A stretch of DNA of 64,000 nt. Origin: Macrostomum lignano (taxonomy: Eukaryota). Under the pieces are notes generated by a model that was given only the letters and a program-made list of their open reading frames with translations, searched no databases and was not told the DNA's origin. The position numbers and the translations under genes were made by a program. The DNA lies in NCBI GenBank assembly GCA_002269645.1, contig NIVC01000252.1, forward strand, positions 22,789-86,788, in the 5' to 3' direction. Below are positions 31,527 to 43,450 of this stretch, one piece after another; within the stretch, counting starts at the first letter, position 1; each line of letters begins with the position of its first letter.

Positions 31527-32456
31527 TTATGCGGGTTGGCTCGGTGCGCTGGGTTGGGCCTCTACTGCTGGTTCGGGTGGGTGCCTGGGCAGCCCTGCCT
31601 CCAGGTCCCCTGACCGTTTCCCGTTTGCTGCTGGTCTCTGCAGTTTAAAACACCTGGCCCGTTTGTGACCAGGCCGGTTGCAGTAATTGCAAACTATAGG
31701 ATTTTTGCATTGCTGGGTCGTGTGGGTGGTCTCAAGGCAAGAACCACACTGGAAAGTTCTCTGGGCTGGTGCTGCAGCCTGGGCAGGTTGGGGATTAGGG
31801 TGCTTATGATAGTGGACTCCAGTTCCCGATCCAGCCTTCAGGTCTTGCAGCTCCGCTCTCAGTTCTTTTAGCTTTTTGCGGAGTCTGACTGCCTCATCTT
31901 GCGTGTTACTTGCGGATACATTCGCTGAGGGCCAAGGTTTCTCAGTGCTCGATTGAGCTATGCGGAGGGATGCCATACTCTGCCTTACATGCCTACAAGC
32001 TGCGTCGAGGGTACCCGGTTCCTCCAATAGCAAGTGTTCACTGATTCTATCAGCGATTCTGGCACCTAGCAGGAACCGATCTCTTGCTAACTCATCTCTC
32101 TGTTCCACTGGCAGGTTTGGATAGGCCCGGCAGACAATTACTCGAAGGGCGTCGGCATAGTCTTCCACAGATTCATCCTTCTTCTGGTCCCAACCCCTCA
32201 GTTCGATATTACTGTCCTGTGGAGTGTGATGCTGATTAAACCGTTGTGAAAGGCGTTCAACAAAATCGTCAAGCTCTAGATTGTCTGGTAACTCAAGGTT
32301 GGCAATGGCTCGGTAAGCTGTGTTGAAGTCCATCATACTAAGTAGGTGCTGCTTCCTATCTTCCTCGGGGATTTCTGCAGCTTCACAGTACGCTGTAAAC
32401 TGTTGGAACCACAGTTGGAAGTCCTGTCCAAGGGCAAACTTTGATGGTCTGGGCAC
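31527..32456 (-). CDS. gag: Gag of element 3 (309 aa)
   Basis: MPRPSKF...FQLWFQQFTAYCEA capsid-like start; knuckles CGSCLETTHTTQQC and CNYCNRPGHKRARC. Confidence 0.85.
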   Translation of the reverse strand: MPRPSKFALGQDFQLWFQQFTAYCEAAEIPEEDRKQHLLSMMDFNTAYRAIANLELPDNLELDDFVERLSQRFNQHHTPQDSNIELRGWDQKKDESVEDYADALRVIVCRAYPNLPVEQRDELARDRFLLGARIADRISEHLLLEEPGTLDAACRHVRQSMASLRIAQSSTEKPWPSANVSASNTQDEAVRLRKKLKELRAELQDLKAGSGTGVHYHKHPNPQPAQAAAPAQRTFQCGSCLETTHTTQQCKNPIVCNYCNRPGHKRARCFKLQRPAANGKRSGDLEAGLPRHPPEPAVEAQPSAPSQPA

Positions 32457-32673
32457 TCTGTCCGATATTCATTTGGTTCTGCACTCTGGCGGCGAGTGCG
32501 TCAATTAGGGCATTGACATTAGCCATTATGGCAGCGACGAGGAGAAGCAAGATCGGAAGATTCAACTACGAGTAGTCTAGGCAGAAAATCAGACTAAATA
32601 TCAAGTGCACTTGAAACTGCTAGATCATAAAAGTACAACCCAGGTTCTCTACTAGTAAACTAAACCTTAAACT

Positions 32674-32691
32674 ATCCTGGTCACAACACCA
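32674..32691 (-). promoter_or_regulatory. PBS of element 3 (tRNA-His type)
   Basis: Minus strand TGGTGTTGTGACCAGGAT versus the recalled invertebrate tRNA-His complement TGGTGCCGTGACCAGGAT (two G:U-compatible differences); 1 nt from the LTR. Confidence 0.7.
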
Positions 32692-34435
32692 ATGTTGTGT
32701 CACTACACGTGATCAAACAGCTCCTTAAGATTGTTCTGCAGCGAATGAGCCTGGAGATGGTGTCAGCCCACTGACCGGACTGACTCCGCTACTGAGCGTG
32801 GGATTGCGTCGAGGTAAGGCAGTCAGTCCGTCCCTAGAGCGTACGGTACCCACTTTGCTCGAGACCCAAATGATTAATGAACATAGACGTGAGTCTTACT
32901 TTGATTTCCAATCGGCATGGCGGTGAGCAAGGCAGCAAGTTCGTCAATTAGTAGTATTGAGATTTCGATATTGAAGTTTGTTGATTCTGCAGAGTCTAGT
33001 GTTAGGTGTCGATGGGCACACGCTCACCCTGCCCACTGCCAGCAATTCTCTATTTATTTAGGCTGCCTGGCGTAAGCCCTAGGGTCTCACGCCAGATAGC
33101 ATTATCAACAACCAACTTGTTGGCCAATCACCAATTGACAAGGGACAAGGGAATTGACAAGTGCTAACAAAAAGGGGGAGAGAGGGACCAGGCCAGCCAA
33201 TCCGGCTGGGTACGCATAATAAGAGAAGGGGGCAGAGAATAAGGGCTGATACACAACTGGGGGGGGGTTTAGCGCAGTCAGAAATGGGGGGGTTGACGCA
33301 AACAGAATGGGGGGGGGGCGCAGGCACGCGGCTGGGGGTGGGAGTGCAGAGCCAGGCACACTTTGACCAAGAGCCAGAGATTGCTCATCGGTGCAAGTGC
33401 ACCCAGGCACAACACTTATGCAAAGCAAAATACATGTATATCTAGCAGAAATTACTCACTGTTTATTTTTAGCCACTTAGACACTTTTAAAATTTTGACT
33501 TCTGATTTTTTTGAAATCGAAATTTGCTCTTAAAAATGTCAAATTTTGGAAAATTGAAATTGAAATTTCTGAACACTGCTAGGTATTATAAATGACAAGT
33601 GTATAGGCTCCTTCTTCAGAGGTATTAGGCCCCTTTCCATGTATATTTATTTGCTTAAGCAGCAGCCAGCAAGGAAGGGCACTGCGTGCACCTGTGCGCG
33701 CACTGTGCTTTAGAAAAATTTCAAAAGTGCACCAAAAGCCGTCCGCAGTTTTACAACTTTTTCCTATAGGGATTGTTATTGATGCAATATATCTACCATG
33801 CTCAGGATTTAGGAAGGTGGCAGAGGCATGCCAGAATCAATGATGAGCAAAGCTACCAATTCATGCCATATATGCCAATACTTTTAGTCAACTGTTTGCC
33901 AAGCTCACCAAAATTTTAATGACCCTTTTTACCATGTATGTCAAATATACTAGGCCTAATGTTTTCAGCCCTACTTTGCTGACTACCCCCATACCCAAGT
34001 AGTGTCCTGAAATTTCGCATCACACTATTTACATTATGGAAAACCTTGCTTGCTTGAAGAAAATATCCCAACAATAGTATACTAGAAAAAAGCAAATAAG
34101 TTTACAATTGTCTCCCATAAGGCTTTAGCTCACTCTGACACCTATCTACAACTTTGCTAGTGCTGTACTTTGTGGCACGGCCTTGAAAGTTGACTAAAAT
34201 GATCCTGATGCTGGTGGATGCCATGGCCACGGTCATGATTGCCTATGTAATAGAGCTTGGCAGCTCTCAGCAGCCTTTCGCAGCTTGGGGTTCCAACTGG
34301 CAGCAGTATCTAGGAAAGCTTCAACCACAGTTCAAGTGTCTGGTTGCTCTGGCCACCAGCCTTCTACTGTAACCACATTGTGGCATAGAAGGACTCCATG
34401 ATGGCCTCTGAAAAAAGCATTGCCCTACTTATTAC

Positions 34436-36757
34436 CAAGGACAACTTAAGTAGTAGGACGCAACACTCGCGTATCGTGTAATTTTTATTGGAGGCCTGGT
34501 CTTCACATATATGTAATTCTCGACTAGTTGCACGTAGAAAGCTAATTCTTTTGGCGTTAGGTCCAGAATTTTGTTCTTCGTTAAAATGTAAGTAATGAAA
34601 TAGTAGACTACATGTATAAGCAGCGTATAGTTAAGTACAGTGAAAACAACCCAATTTCGTGCAATTTTGTGTAAAATACACCAAATTTTCTTTAGAAATT
34701 TGTCAGTCTGTCACAATTCCTAGTCAATACTCAATAGCGAAAATGAGTTTTTAGTTTGTAAACTAATAATCTCATTAAGCAAGTGTAAAATAAAACAGTT
34801 TATTTATTATAGAAAATATCATTGTCAAATGCCATTGGTTTATTTTTTACGAGTATCAAAAAAGTTAATAAATTTGTGGCCTGCGTTAGAGTGAGACAAA
34901 ACAGAAAACAAACTTGACAAAGAATCTGTGACAAAGCAGAAATTTACCCAAAGGACCAGGACCTGGATCTGGATCCTAACCTAGATTTGGCTTTTTTTCA
35001 ACACTAAAACTGAGCAGCCCTAAGCAGCAAAACTGTTCCAAAAATTCACAGGTTTAGTCAAAATTTAAGTGATGGCTGATTCAAAAACAAACACAAACAT
35101 CCGAGCCAATCAAGTTGAGCAACACGGTCGCAGTGATGAGAACAGTTGGTAGCACAGTGCGGCAAAAACCAGGAGCCACTCTGGAGGCTCGCGCAGCTTG
35201 CCTCTCGATAGTAAACACGTGAACTCACAATCAGCGGGCAACTGAATTGGAGAATTTGAATCAGCTTGGCCACTGTCTTCTGAAACTGGGATCTGCTCCT
35301 TGTGAGCTACATATCCGCATACATAGTACAGTGCCAACTGTTCTTCATCAGTGGGTATGGAGGATTCAGCGCTGTCTTTCAAAGTCGAAACTAGATCATT
35401 GAGATGTGCGAGTTTGTCGTCCGACAGCTCACCATCGCAACAAGCTGCTCGCGGGTTTCTGAAGCAACCCTCCTCGCATTGGACCAACCAACTTGACATC
35501 CAGGCTGGCTTGTCTGCCACAGCGGATGCAAAGTTCTCCCAGCCTCCAATTCTATCCTTTGTATTAAAGTCCTGTAGTTCATCAGGCATTTGTTGACAAT
35601 GTGACGCCAGAATACGACATTCAGTCACATTTCTAGATGACACTGAAATAATGCAATTGAGTGACAGCGCTGACTTTATTGAAAGCATTATTTAAAGAAC
35701 TTTGGCAAAAATGTACCTGCAAATGTTTGCCGCATAGAGCTAGGTGGGCACATAAAGACAGATGGTGGGTCAATAGGTCCAAAATATCACTTGATTTTTG
35801 TAAGCCTTGCATCCTTTGGCCAATGCTTTTTGTATATTCCCATGTGTTTGGTGACATTCTGGAATGATATAAAGTAAAAAAGTATTTAAAATTGCACATT
35901 TATATGTTTATGAACCTTGTTTATCACTTAATAACCTATATAAATGAAATGTTATTGGTCAAAGATTTCTTATAGGTTTTACTTATAATAGCTATAGGCC
36001 TATTAGTGTTTATACTATTTAGTACATTACAAGTTTCAAATAAATTCCAAGTGTTAGTTAATAAACAAGCTATTTAATTAAAAACATGGCTTTAAAACTT
36101 TCTAACTACTAGGGGTAATCATTAACATAAATAAGGTTTTTACTAATAGAAATATTTCAGTTTTAACTACAATAGGCCTAACAGACATGACATAGAATTA
36201 CATAGAAGTACATAGAAAAAAAGCTTCCATTTTAATGTCAATTTCTAGTGTAAAAATTTGAGAAACCCAAAAAGGCAAAAAAGTGACTTTGGAAAAATTG
36301 GCACTATTTTCTTGACTTGTATTAGAATATAATAGGAGAACACACCCAGTCAACTATAAACTACAGCTTGCTACCTACAGCTATAATAAGTATAAAAAAA
36401 TTGCTTTGTAAACATGGTCTCTTGTTGACAATTGTGATATAAAGAAACCATGTTTGTCAGCAAAAAAGAAAACAAGAAAACCAGTATTTCACAAATCCAA
36501 ATTAAAAAATGCATATTGTTATTGGCCATTAAGGGAACGTGATATAATTATTTTAATTAATAGGTGAAGTCAGCTTATCAAGTTTAGTAAGAATTAATGA
36601 AAACCTGAATGGTTTATTACAACACACACTGCTCTATGTAGCAGTCAAATCCTAGGCTTATGTACGTAGAACTTTATACGGCTTATGGGCCTCCAAAAAA
36701 ATTTCCACAAAAGCTGAGTGTCGCATCCTATATATAACGTAACTTCAGTTGTCCTTG
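34436..36757 (-). mobile_element. Internally deleted P-element-superfamily DNA transposon (2.3 kb)
   Basis: TIR CAAGGACAACT(T/G)AAGT (15/16) plus subterminal similarity; 8-bp TSD CTTATTAC (34428-34435, 36758-36765); transposase C-terminal remnant inside. Confidence 0.85.
35110..35688 (-). pseudogene. P-element/THAP9-type transposase C-terminal fragment
   Basis: ALYYVCGYVAHK...LSRGKLREPPEWLL resembles the LYYIAGYV...SRGGL..PS signature of P transposase C-termini; no catalytic core seen. Confidence 0.7.
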
Positions 36758-37115
36758 CTTATTACTTCTATTGCATAACTAATTAGGAACACACTCTTCT
36801 AGTGCTACTCTTAACAAGACTGGTTAACACAATTAAGTAATTTGCTTTGCATGTAATATACATATTTATGTAAATAAACATTTCTGTAGTTAGGCCTATA
36901 TATTTATGTAGGTGTCTATAATGTATAAAGGAATCAGCATGCCATTATGGCCGCATGACCAATGCTAAATTAGATCATCACCCAGCAACCCCCATGACAT
37001 TACTGCTTACCAGTAACACCTTGGTGTAGGGCAAAGTCAAGCTTTGAAAGCTTTGAACTGAAGTTTCATAAAACACCATCTTAGAATCCACACATTTCTC
37101 ACACCCAACATGCAG

Positions 37116-37432
37116 TGCATCACTGGTACGAGACTCGACTGAAAATGAGGGAACTCGGTCTTAAGTCGAAATCTGTTGCCAAGCTAAGTGACATAGACGC
37201 GGTTGATACTGGTGCTACAATTCTTGGCGAAACAATTATCTACATTGTCAGTGCCCTGACAATCTTTGCGGAGTACAGGCGACAGGCAAATAAGGAGCAA
37301 GCGAAAGAGGAACTGGCTTCTGATAAAATGACCGATCTCGAAAAATCGGTGCAAGATTTGAAACAGCTCGTCACTGAGCAGCGAGATCAGTGTGAGCAGT
37401 TGCAACTGTTGCTGAAAAGTGGTAAAAAATGA
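37116..37432 (+). CDS. OPA3: Optic atrophy 3 protein homologue, exon 2
   Basis: Acceptor tgcag at 37115; T+TG gives L, then HHWYETRLKMRELG...GATILGETIIY...EYRRQ and a coiled-coil-like tail; joined CDS 456 nt (151 aa). Confidence 0.93.
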
Positions 37433-37500
37433 TTGACTACTTTGTGTTAAAATTAATCAATTGAAAAGCTTAACCCTTCTGTTTTTCTGAGGTTTTTAGA

Positions 37501-38411
37501 CTCTAAAATATCCCCATGATCATCTGTGAGACGCAAAATATCCCCATGATCATCTGTGAGACGCAAAATATCCCCATGATCAGCTGTCAGACTCAAAATA
37601 TCCCCATGATCAGCTGTCAGACTCAAAATATCCCCATGATCAACTGCCTGTCAGACTCAAAATATCCCCATGATCAACTGCCTGTCAGACTCAAAATATC
37701 CCCATGATCAGCTGTCTGTCAGACTCAAAATATCCCCATGATCAGCTGTCAGACTCAAAATATCCCCATGATCAACTGCCTGTCAGACTCAAAATATCCC
37801 CATGATCAGCTGTCTGTCAGACTCAAAATATCCCCATGATCAGCTGTCAGACTCAAAATATCCCCATGATCAGCTGTCAGACTCAAAATATCCCCATGAT
37901 CAGCTGTCTGTCAGACTCAAAATATCCCCATGATCAGCTGTCTGTCAGACTCAAAATATCCCCATGATCAGCTGTCTGTCAGACTCAAAATATCCCCATG
38001 ATCAGCTGTCAGACTCAAAATATCCCCATGATCAGCTGTTTGTCAGACTCAAAATATCCCCATGATCAGCTGTCTGTCAGACTCAAAATATCCCCATGAT
38101 CAACTGCCTGTCAGACTCAAAATATCCCCATGATCAACTGCCTGTCAGACTCAAAATATCCCCATGATCAGCTGTTTGTCAGACTCAAAATATCCCCATG
38201 ATCAGCTGTCTGTCAGACTCAAAATATCCCCATGATCAGCTGTCAGACTCAAAATATCCCCATGATCAGCTGTTTGTCAGACTCAAAATATCCCCATGAT
38301 CAGCTGTCTGTCAGACTCAAAATATCCCCATGATCAGCTGTCAGACTCAAAATATCCCCATGATCAGCTGTCAGACTCAAAATATCCCCATGATCAGCTG
38401 TCTGTCAGACT
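37501..38411. repeat. Minisatellite, 30/34-bp units TCAGACTCAAAATATCCCCATGATCAGCTG(TCTG)
   Basis: Direct tandem copies. Confidence 0.95.
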
Positions 38412-39645
38412 CCAAGTATTCCATAAAATTTAACTTCATAAAAATTGCTCATTATGCCATGTATCTACACATAATTTTTGTGAGATTTTTTACTATTTGC
38501 TTGTCTGCTTAACTATTTTCTGGTTCTGTTAAAGGCAAAGCTTAAAATGCGTTTTATGATGTATAAGCACTCAATCTCTGTGCATACTTGATTATTGTTA
38601 TAATATAATGAGATGTTTCAATAGAAATATAATTGTAACAAAACTGAAATAGTTGTTAGTTTAATACGTTTTAACTAATTTTTCAAATATTTACGTATAA
38701 AGCCTTTATTTCAGTGTTTTAGTGGATAAAGTCCATCTTCAGATGAATTGGAATGTTACACTCATAAGCCTATGCTTTTAGTTTAATTTTAAAAAAAATG
38801 AGAACATCTGTTTTTCGCGATGCACTACTAAAAGAGCTTGTAAGTAGTATGTAAAGCGCAGCACACGATACAACGCTTGTGCGCTCGCCGGTCAACTCAA
38901 GTCGCCGCGACCACTTATAAAATCGTTTTTATTCAGCCAATCGCCAGTCTAACCCCTGGCCACCAACCCCAACCGCCACTACCCCAACAATCTCGCCACC
39001 GCACCCGCCACCCCCAAAAAATAAGACTGGACCGCGCCGCGGGTGGTCTTGCGCAGACGCGCTAATTTGCACGCGTCTGTGTGTTTGTCTCTCTCTTTCA
39101 TCTCTCTCCCCTCTGTCTTCTGATTGGCTGGCTGAAATTCTCATTCAAGTTACAGTGGCAGTGGCTATAAGCTTTGCGTTAGGTGCGTTAAAGAAAGAGA
39201 CAAAAAATCGGAGTTCAATTGGTTCTGTCCTATATTCTGGCACCTCTAGCTAGAGAATTAAATTGCTACTCTATAAGACGGAGTGGTCGGCTTGGCTGAC
39301 TAACTAAATCCCCAAGCTATTTCTTATTCCTCTCACTGTCTGCTCCGTAACTATATTGTTGTTTTCTTATTGTTAGACTAATTCGCACTAAATATAATCG
39401 AGAGTACGTAGGTAAGATTATATTGCAAGAATCGCATTGACCTGCTCAGCAATTGTACACAGATTGGGTCCGATAAATAATCTTCTGTTTTGAAGGTAAG
39501 CTGTGCTGAAGCCAATGCTGTGTTTAGCTGTTGTCTATAAATAAATGTGTAGCAGCGCTGTATTCCTTTTTAAGGTCAAAACCGTGTATGCATGTACGAG
39601 CGTATAGTATAGGATGGGAAACGTGTAGCCTTTATCTCCCTTACT

Positions 39646-40345
39646 ACTTCCCAATCTCCCTCAGTCTCCCAATCTCCCTCATCTCCCTCACTATCTCCCT
39701 CATCACTCCTAATCTCCCTCATCTCCCTCAAAATCAGCCTCATCCCTTTCCGAATCTCCCTCACTTTTCCAATCTCCCTCATCACTCCTAATCTCCCTCA
39801 AAATCAGCCTCATCCCTTTCCGAATCTCCCTCACTTTTCCAATCTCCCTCATCACTCCTAATCTCCCTCAAAATCAGCCTCATCCCTTTCCGAATCTCCC
39901 TCACTTTTCCAATCTCCCTCATCACTCCTAATCTCCCTCAAAATCAGCCTCATCCCTTTCCGAATCTCCCTCACTTTCCCAATCTCCCTCATCTCCCTCA
40001 CAATCTCCCTCATCCCTTTTCGAATCTCCCTCATCTCCCTCACAACCTCCCTCATCCCTTTCCGAATCTCCCTCACTTTCCCAATCTCCCTCATCACTCC
40101 TAATCTCCCTCATCTCCCTCAAAATCAGCCTCATCCCTTTCCGAATCTCCCTCACTTTCCCAATCTCCCTCATCTCCCTCACAATCTCCCTCATCCCTTT
40201 TCGAATCTCCCTCATCTCCCTCACAACCTCCCTCATCCCTTTCCGAATCTCCCTCACTTTCCCAATCTCTCTCATCACTCACAATCTCCCTCATCCCTTT
40301 CCGAATCTCCCTCATCACTCTCCGAATCTCCCTCACTGTCCCCTC
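39646..40345. repeat. Pyrimidine-rich compound minisatellite (AATCTCCCTCATC-based, longer composite units)
   Basis: Repeated blocks such as CATCCCTTTCCGAATCTCCCTCACTTTTCC. Confidence 0.9.
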
Positions 40346-41052
40346 CCTACCCCTCTAAAATCTACCCCCATTAGCTAGTTCCCTATTAATCTTTCCACTA
40401 CTCTCAGCCCAGCCGCCCCCTCGAGCATGGACTGTTGTCAAACCTTAGCGATGCATGTACTATTGCAGAAACAACGCTCATATACTCACACAAGCCTTGT
40501 ACGATTTGATACAACAGTTTTAGATAATTCACAAATCCGTCTGGGAGGGCCCACGCGCAGATATTACAATATGCTAATTCGCTAGCGATTCTGTTAGTCT
40601 TTGACTTCCCGACTGCTATTCGCATACTGCCGCTTACAACATCTATAAATATTTATAATGGATTGGGGATAGACAGAGATCAAACATATTACAGCACTGC
40701 TCCTAATAGACGGCCGGTGGGGGGGATATTTTTTGGACTGCTCGGTGCTTGTAGTGCGACAGATTTATTAGGCCTAACCGCATAGCACAGCGCCATCCCA
40801 TTACCAGTCTCAATTGGAGCATATAGGGGCCTATTATTAAGTACACTGTCTAAGTGGTGTAGCCTCATATAACTACTTGATATAGCTGAGAAAATCGGTC
40901 AGATATGTAGAAAAAGCAAACAGAGGGGAAACATCGCCTGCCTGCCTGTTTTACTTAGGCTGCAAATATCCTTAAAATTTTTATAGATTTTGTGTTCTCT
41001 ATCAGATTATTATATCATTCTTGTGTTTCCAGCTGCGTGTAAACTTACTTCT

Positions 41053-41604
41053 AGCCCCCTGACACCAGGGTTTGGCTCCCTCTCTGACACCAGGGTTTAG
41101 CCCCCTCTCTGACACCAGGGTTTAGCCCCCTCTCTGACACCAGGGTTTAGCCCCCTCTCTGACACCAGGGTTTAGCGCCCCCCTCTCTGACACTAGGGTT
41201 TAGCCCCCTCTCTGACACCAGGGTTTAGCGCCCCCCTCTCTGACACTAGGGTTTAGCCCCCTCTCTGACACCAGGGTTTAGCGCCCCCCTCTCTGACACT
41301 AGGGTTTAGCCCCCTCTCTGACACCAGGGTTTAGCGCCCTCTTTTCTGACACCAGGGTTTAGCCCCCTCTCTGACACCAGGGTTTAGCGCCCCCTTTTCT
41401 GACACCAGGGTTTAGCGCCCCCCTCTCTGACACTAGGGTTTAGCCCCCTCTCTGACACCAGGGTTTAGCGCCCCCCTCTCTGACACTAGGGTTTAGCCCC
41501 CTCTCTGACACCAGGGTTTAGCGCCCCCTTTTCTGACACCAGGGTTTAGCGCCCCCTCTCTGACACCAGAGTTTGGGGTTTGGCCCCCCTCTCTGACACC
41601 AGGG
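41053..41604. repeat. Minisatellite, ~25-29-bp unit CCCCTCTCTGACACCAGGGTTTAGC
   Basis: Direct tandem copies. Confidence 0.93.
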
Positions 41605-42154
41605 CAAATTTCTGGCATCAGTTTTAGTTACCTAAGCACGTACTTAAACTTGGTGCATAATAAACTATTTTAGCGTGATCCGAGCAATGCTTTTTAAAAG
41701 CCATTTGATTGTCTGATCTGTCAGCTTACTGTCTGTCCATTTCCTGGTGTTTATTATCAAATTTCTTGGTCATAAAAAAAAACAAATATTTATTTTATAT
41801 TCGTGAGCAAAATCGATGACATTAACCGAAATGGACAATTTTTATTTTGCGTGAATTATTTTGCCCGAGTTTATATTGGTTATATTGGTTCATGTAAATA
41901 CTACACTTCTGCCAGTCTGGCTCTAAGGACTCACTCTTATCTGTGTATTCGCTTTAGCCATCTATAGTCTATATACATGTATACACAGTTTTGGGACTCA
42001 ATCTCAACCCGGGCATTGCTGCGCTTTGAATTGCGTGGCGTCTTTATCGGTTTTATTGCCTGTCAGTCAAAATCGTGTCCTTATATTGATAGGTATGGAA
42101 TTTTCTGCTCCTGCTGCCGCATGCCTGTTTTATGTGCAACTCGCGGGCTAAGCT

Positions 42155-42735
42155 GGGGACTGGGGATACGGGACTGGGCAGATGGGACTGTGGAGATGGG
42201 ACTGGGCAGATGGGACTGGGCAGATGGGACTGGGCAGATGGGACTGGGGAGACGGAACCGGGAAGACGGGACTGGGTAGATGGGACTGGGCAGATGGGAC
42301 TGGGCAGATGGGACTGGGCAGATGGGACTGGGCAGATGGGACTGGGGAGACGGGACTGGGCAGATGGGACTGGGGAGACGGAACTGGGAAGACGGGACTG
42401 GGTAGATGGGACTGGGCAGATGGGACTGGGCAGATGGGACTGGGCAGATGGGACTGGGCAGATGGGACTGGACAGATGGGACTGGGGAGACGGAACTGGG
42501 AAGACGGGACTGGGTAGATGGGACTGGGGAGACGGGACTGAGCAGATGGGACTGGGCAGATGGGACTGGGCAGATGGGACTAGGCAGATGGGACTGGGGA
42601 GACGGAACTGGGAAGATGGGACTGGGTAGATGGGACTGGGGAGACGGGACTGGGCAGATGGGACTGGGGAGACGAGACTGGGGAGACGAGACTGGGGAGA
42701 TTGGACTGGGCAGATGGGACTGGGGAGACTGGACT
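42155..42735 (+). repeat. G-rich minisatellite (GGGACTGGGCAGAT)n with variants
   Basis: Direct tandem copies; GGG runs separated by 3-5 nt. Confidence 0.93.
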
Positions 42736-42755
42736 GTGGAGAATGGAGACCAATG

Positions 42756-43450
42756 AGAAGGGACTGATAAGCCGGGACTAAGGAGAAGGGACTGATAAGA
42801 CGGGACTAAGGAGAAGGGACTGATAAGACGGGACTAAGGAGAAGGGACTGATAAGACGGGACTAAGGAGAAGGGACTGATAAGACGGGACTAAGGAGAAG
42901 GGACTGATAAGACGGGACTAAGGAGAAGGGACTGATAAGACGGGACTAAGGAGAAAGGACTGATAAAACGGGACTAAGGAGAAGGGACTGATAAGACGGG
43001 GACTAAGGAGAAGGGACTGATAAGACGGGGGACTAAGGAGAAGGGACTGATAAGACGGGACTAAGGAGAAAGGACTGATAAGCCGGGACTAAGGAGAAGG
43101 GACTGATAAGACGGGGACTAAGGAGAAGGGACTGATAAGCCGGGACTAAGGAGAAGGGACTGATAAGACGGGGACTAAGGAGAAGGGACTGATAAGCCGG
43201 GACTAAGGAGAAGGGACTGATAAGACGGGGACTAAGGAGAAGGGACTGATAAGACGGGGACTAAGGAGAAGGGACTGATAAGACGGGACTAAGGAGAAGG
43301 GACTGATAAGACGGGACTAAGGAGAAAGGACTGATAAAACGGGACTAAGGAGAAAGGACTGATAAGCCGGGACTAAGGAGAAGGGACTGATAAGCCGGGA
43401 CTAAGGAGAAGGGACTGATAAGCCGGGACTAAGGAGAAGAGACTGAGAAT
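42756..43450. repeat. Minisatellite, 28-bp unit AAGGAGAAGGGACTGATAAGACGGGACT
   Basis: Direct tandem copies, period 28. Confidence 0.95.

Larger units (their letters stand above)
25404..33414 (-). mobile_element. Decayed full-length Ty3/Gypsy LTR retrotransposon (element 3) in the OPA3 intron
   Basis: LTRs at 25404-26126 and 32693-33414 (about 20 substitutions plus G-run indels), 4-bp TSD CTTA, tRNA-His-type PBS at 32674-32691, PPT at 26127-26138, gag and fragmented pol. Confidence 0.95.
25151..33771 (-). mobile_element. ~606-bp MITE (outer copy) split by the Gypsy insertion at 25404-33414
   Basis: TIRs CCCTATTGGA (25151) and TCCTATAGGG (33771); 8-bp TSD ATTGTTAT (25143-25150, 33772-33779); arms are reverse-complement homologues of 28001-28592. 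Superfamily not assigned. Confidence 0.85.
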
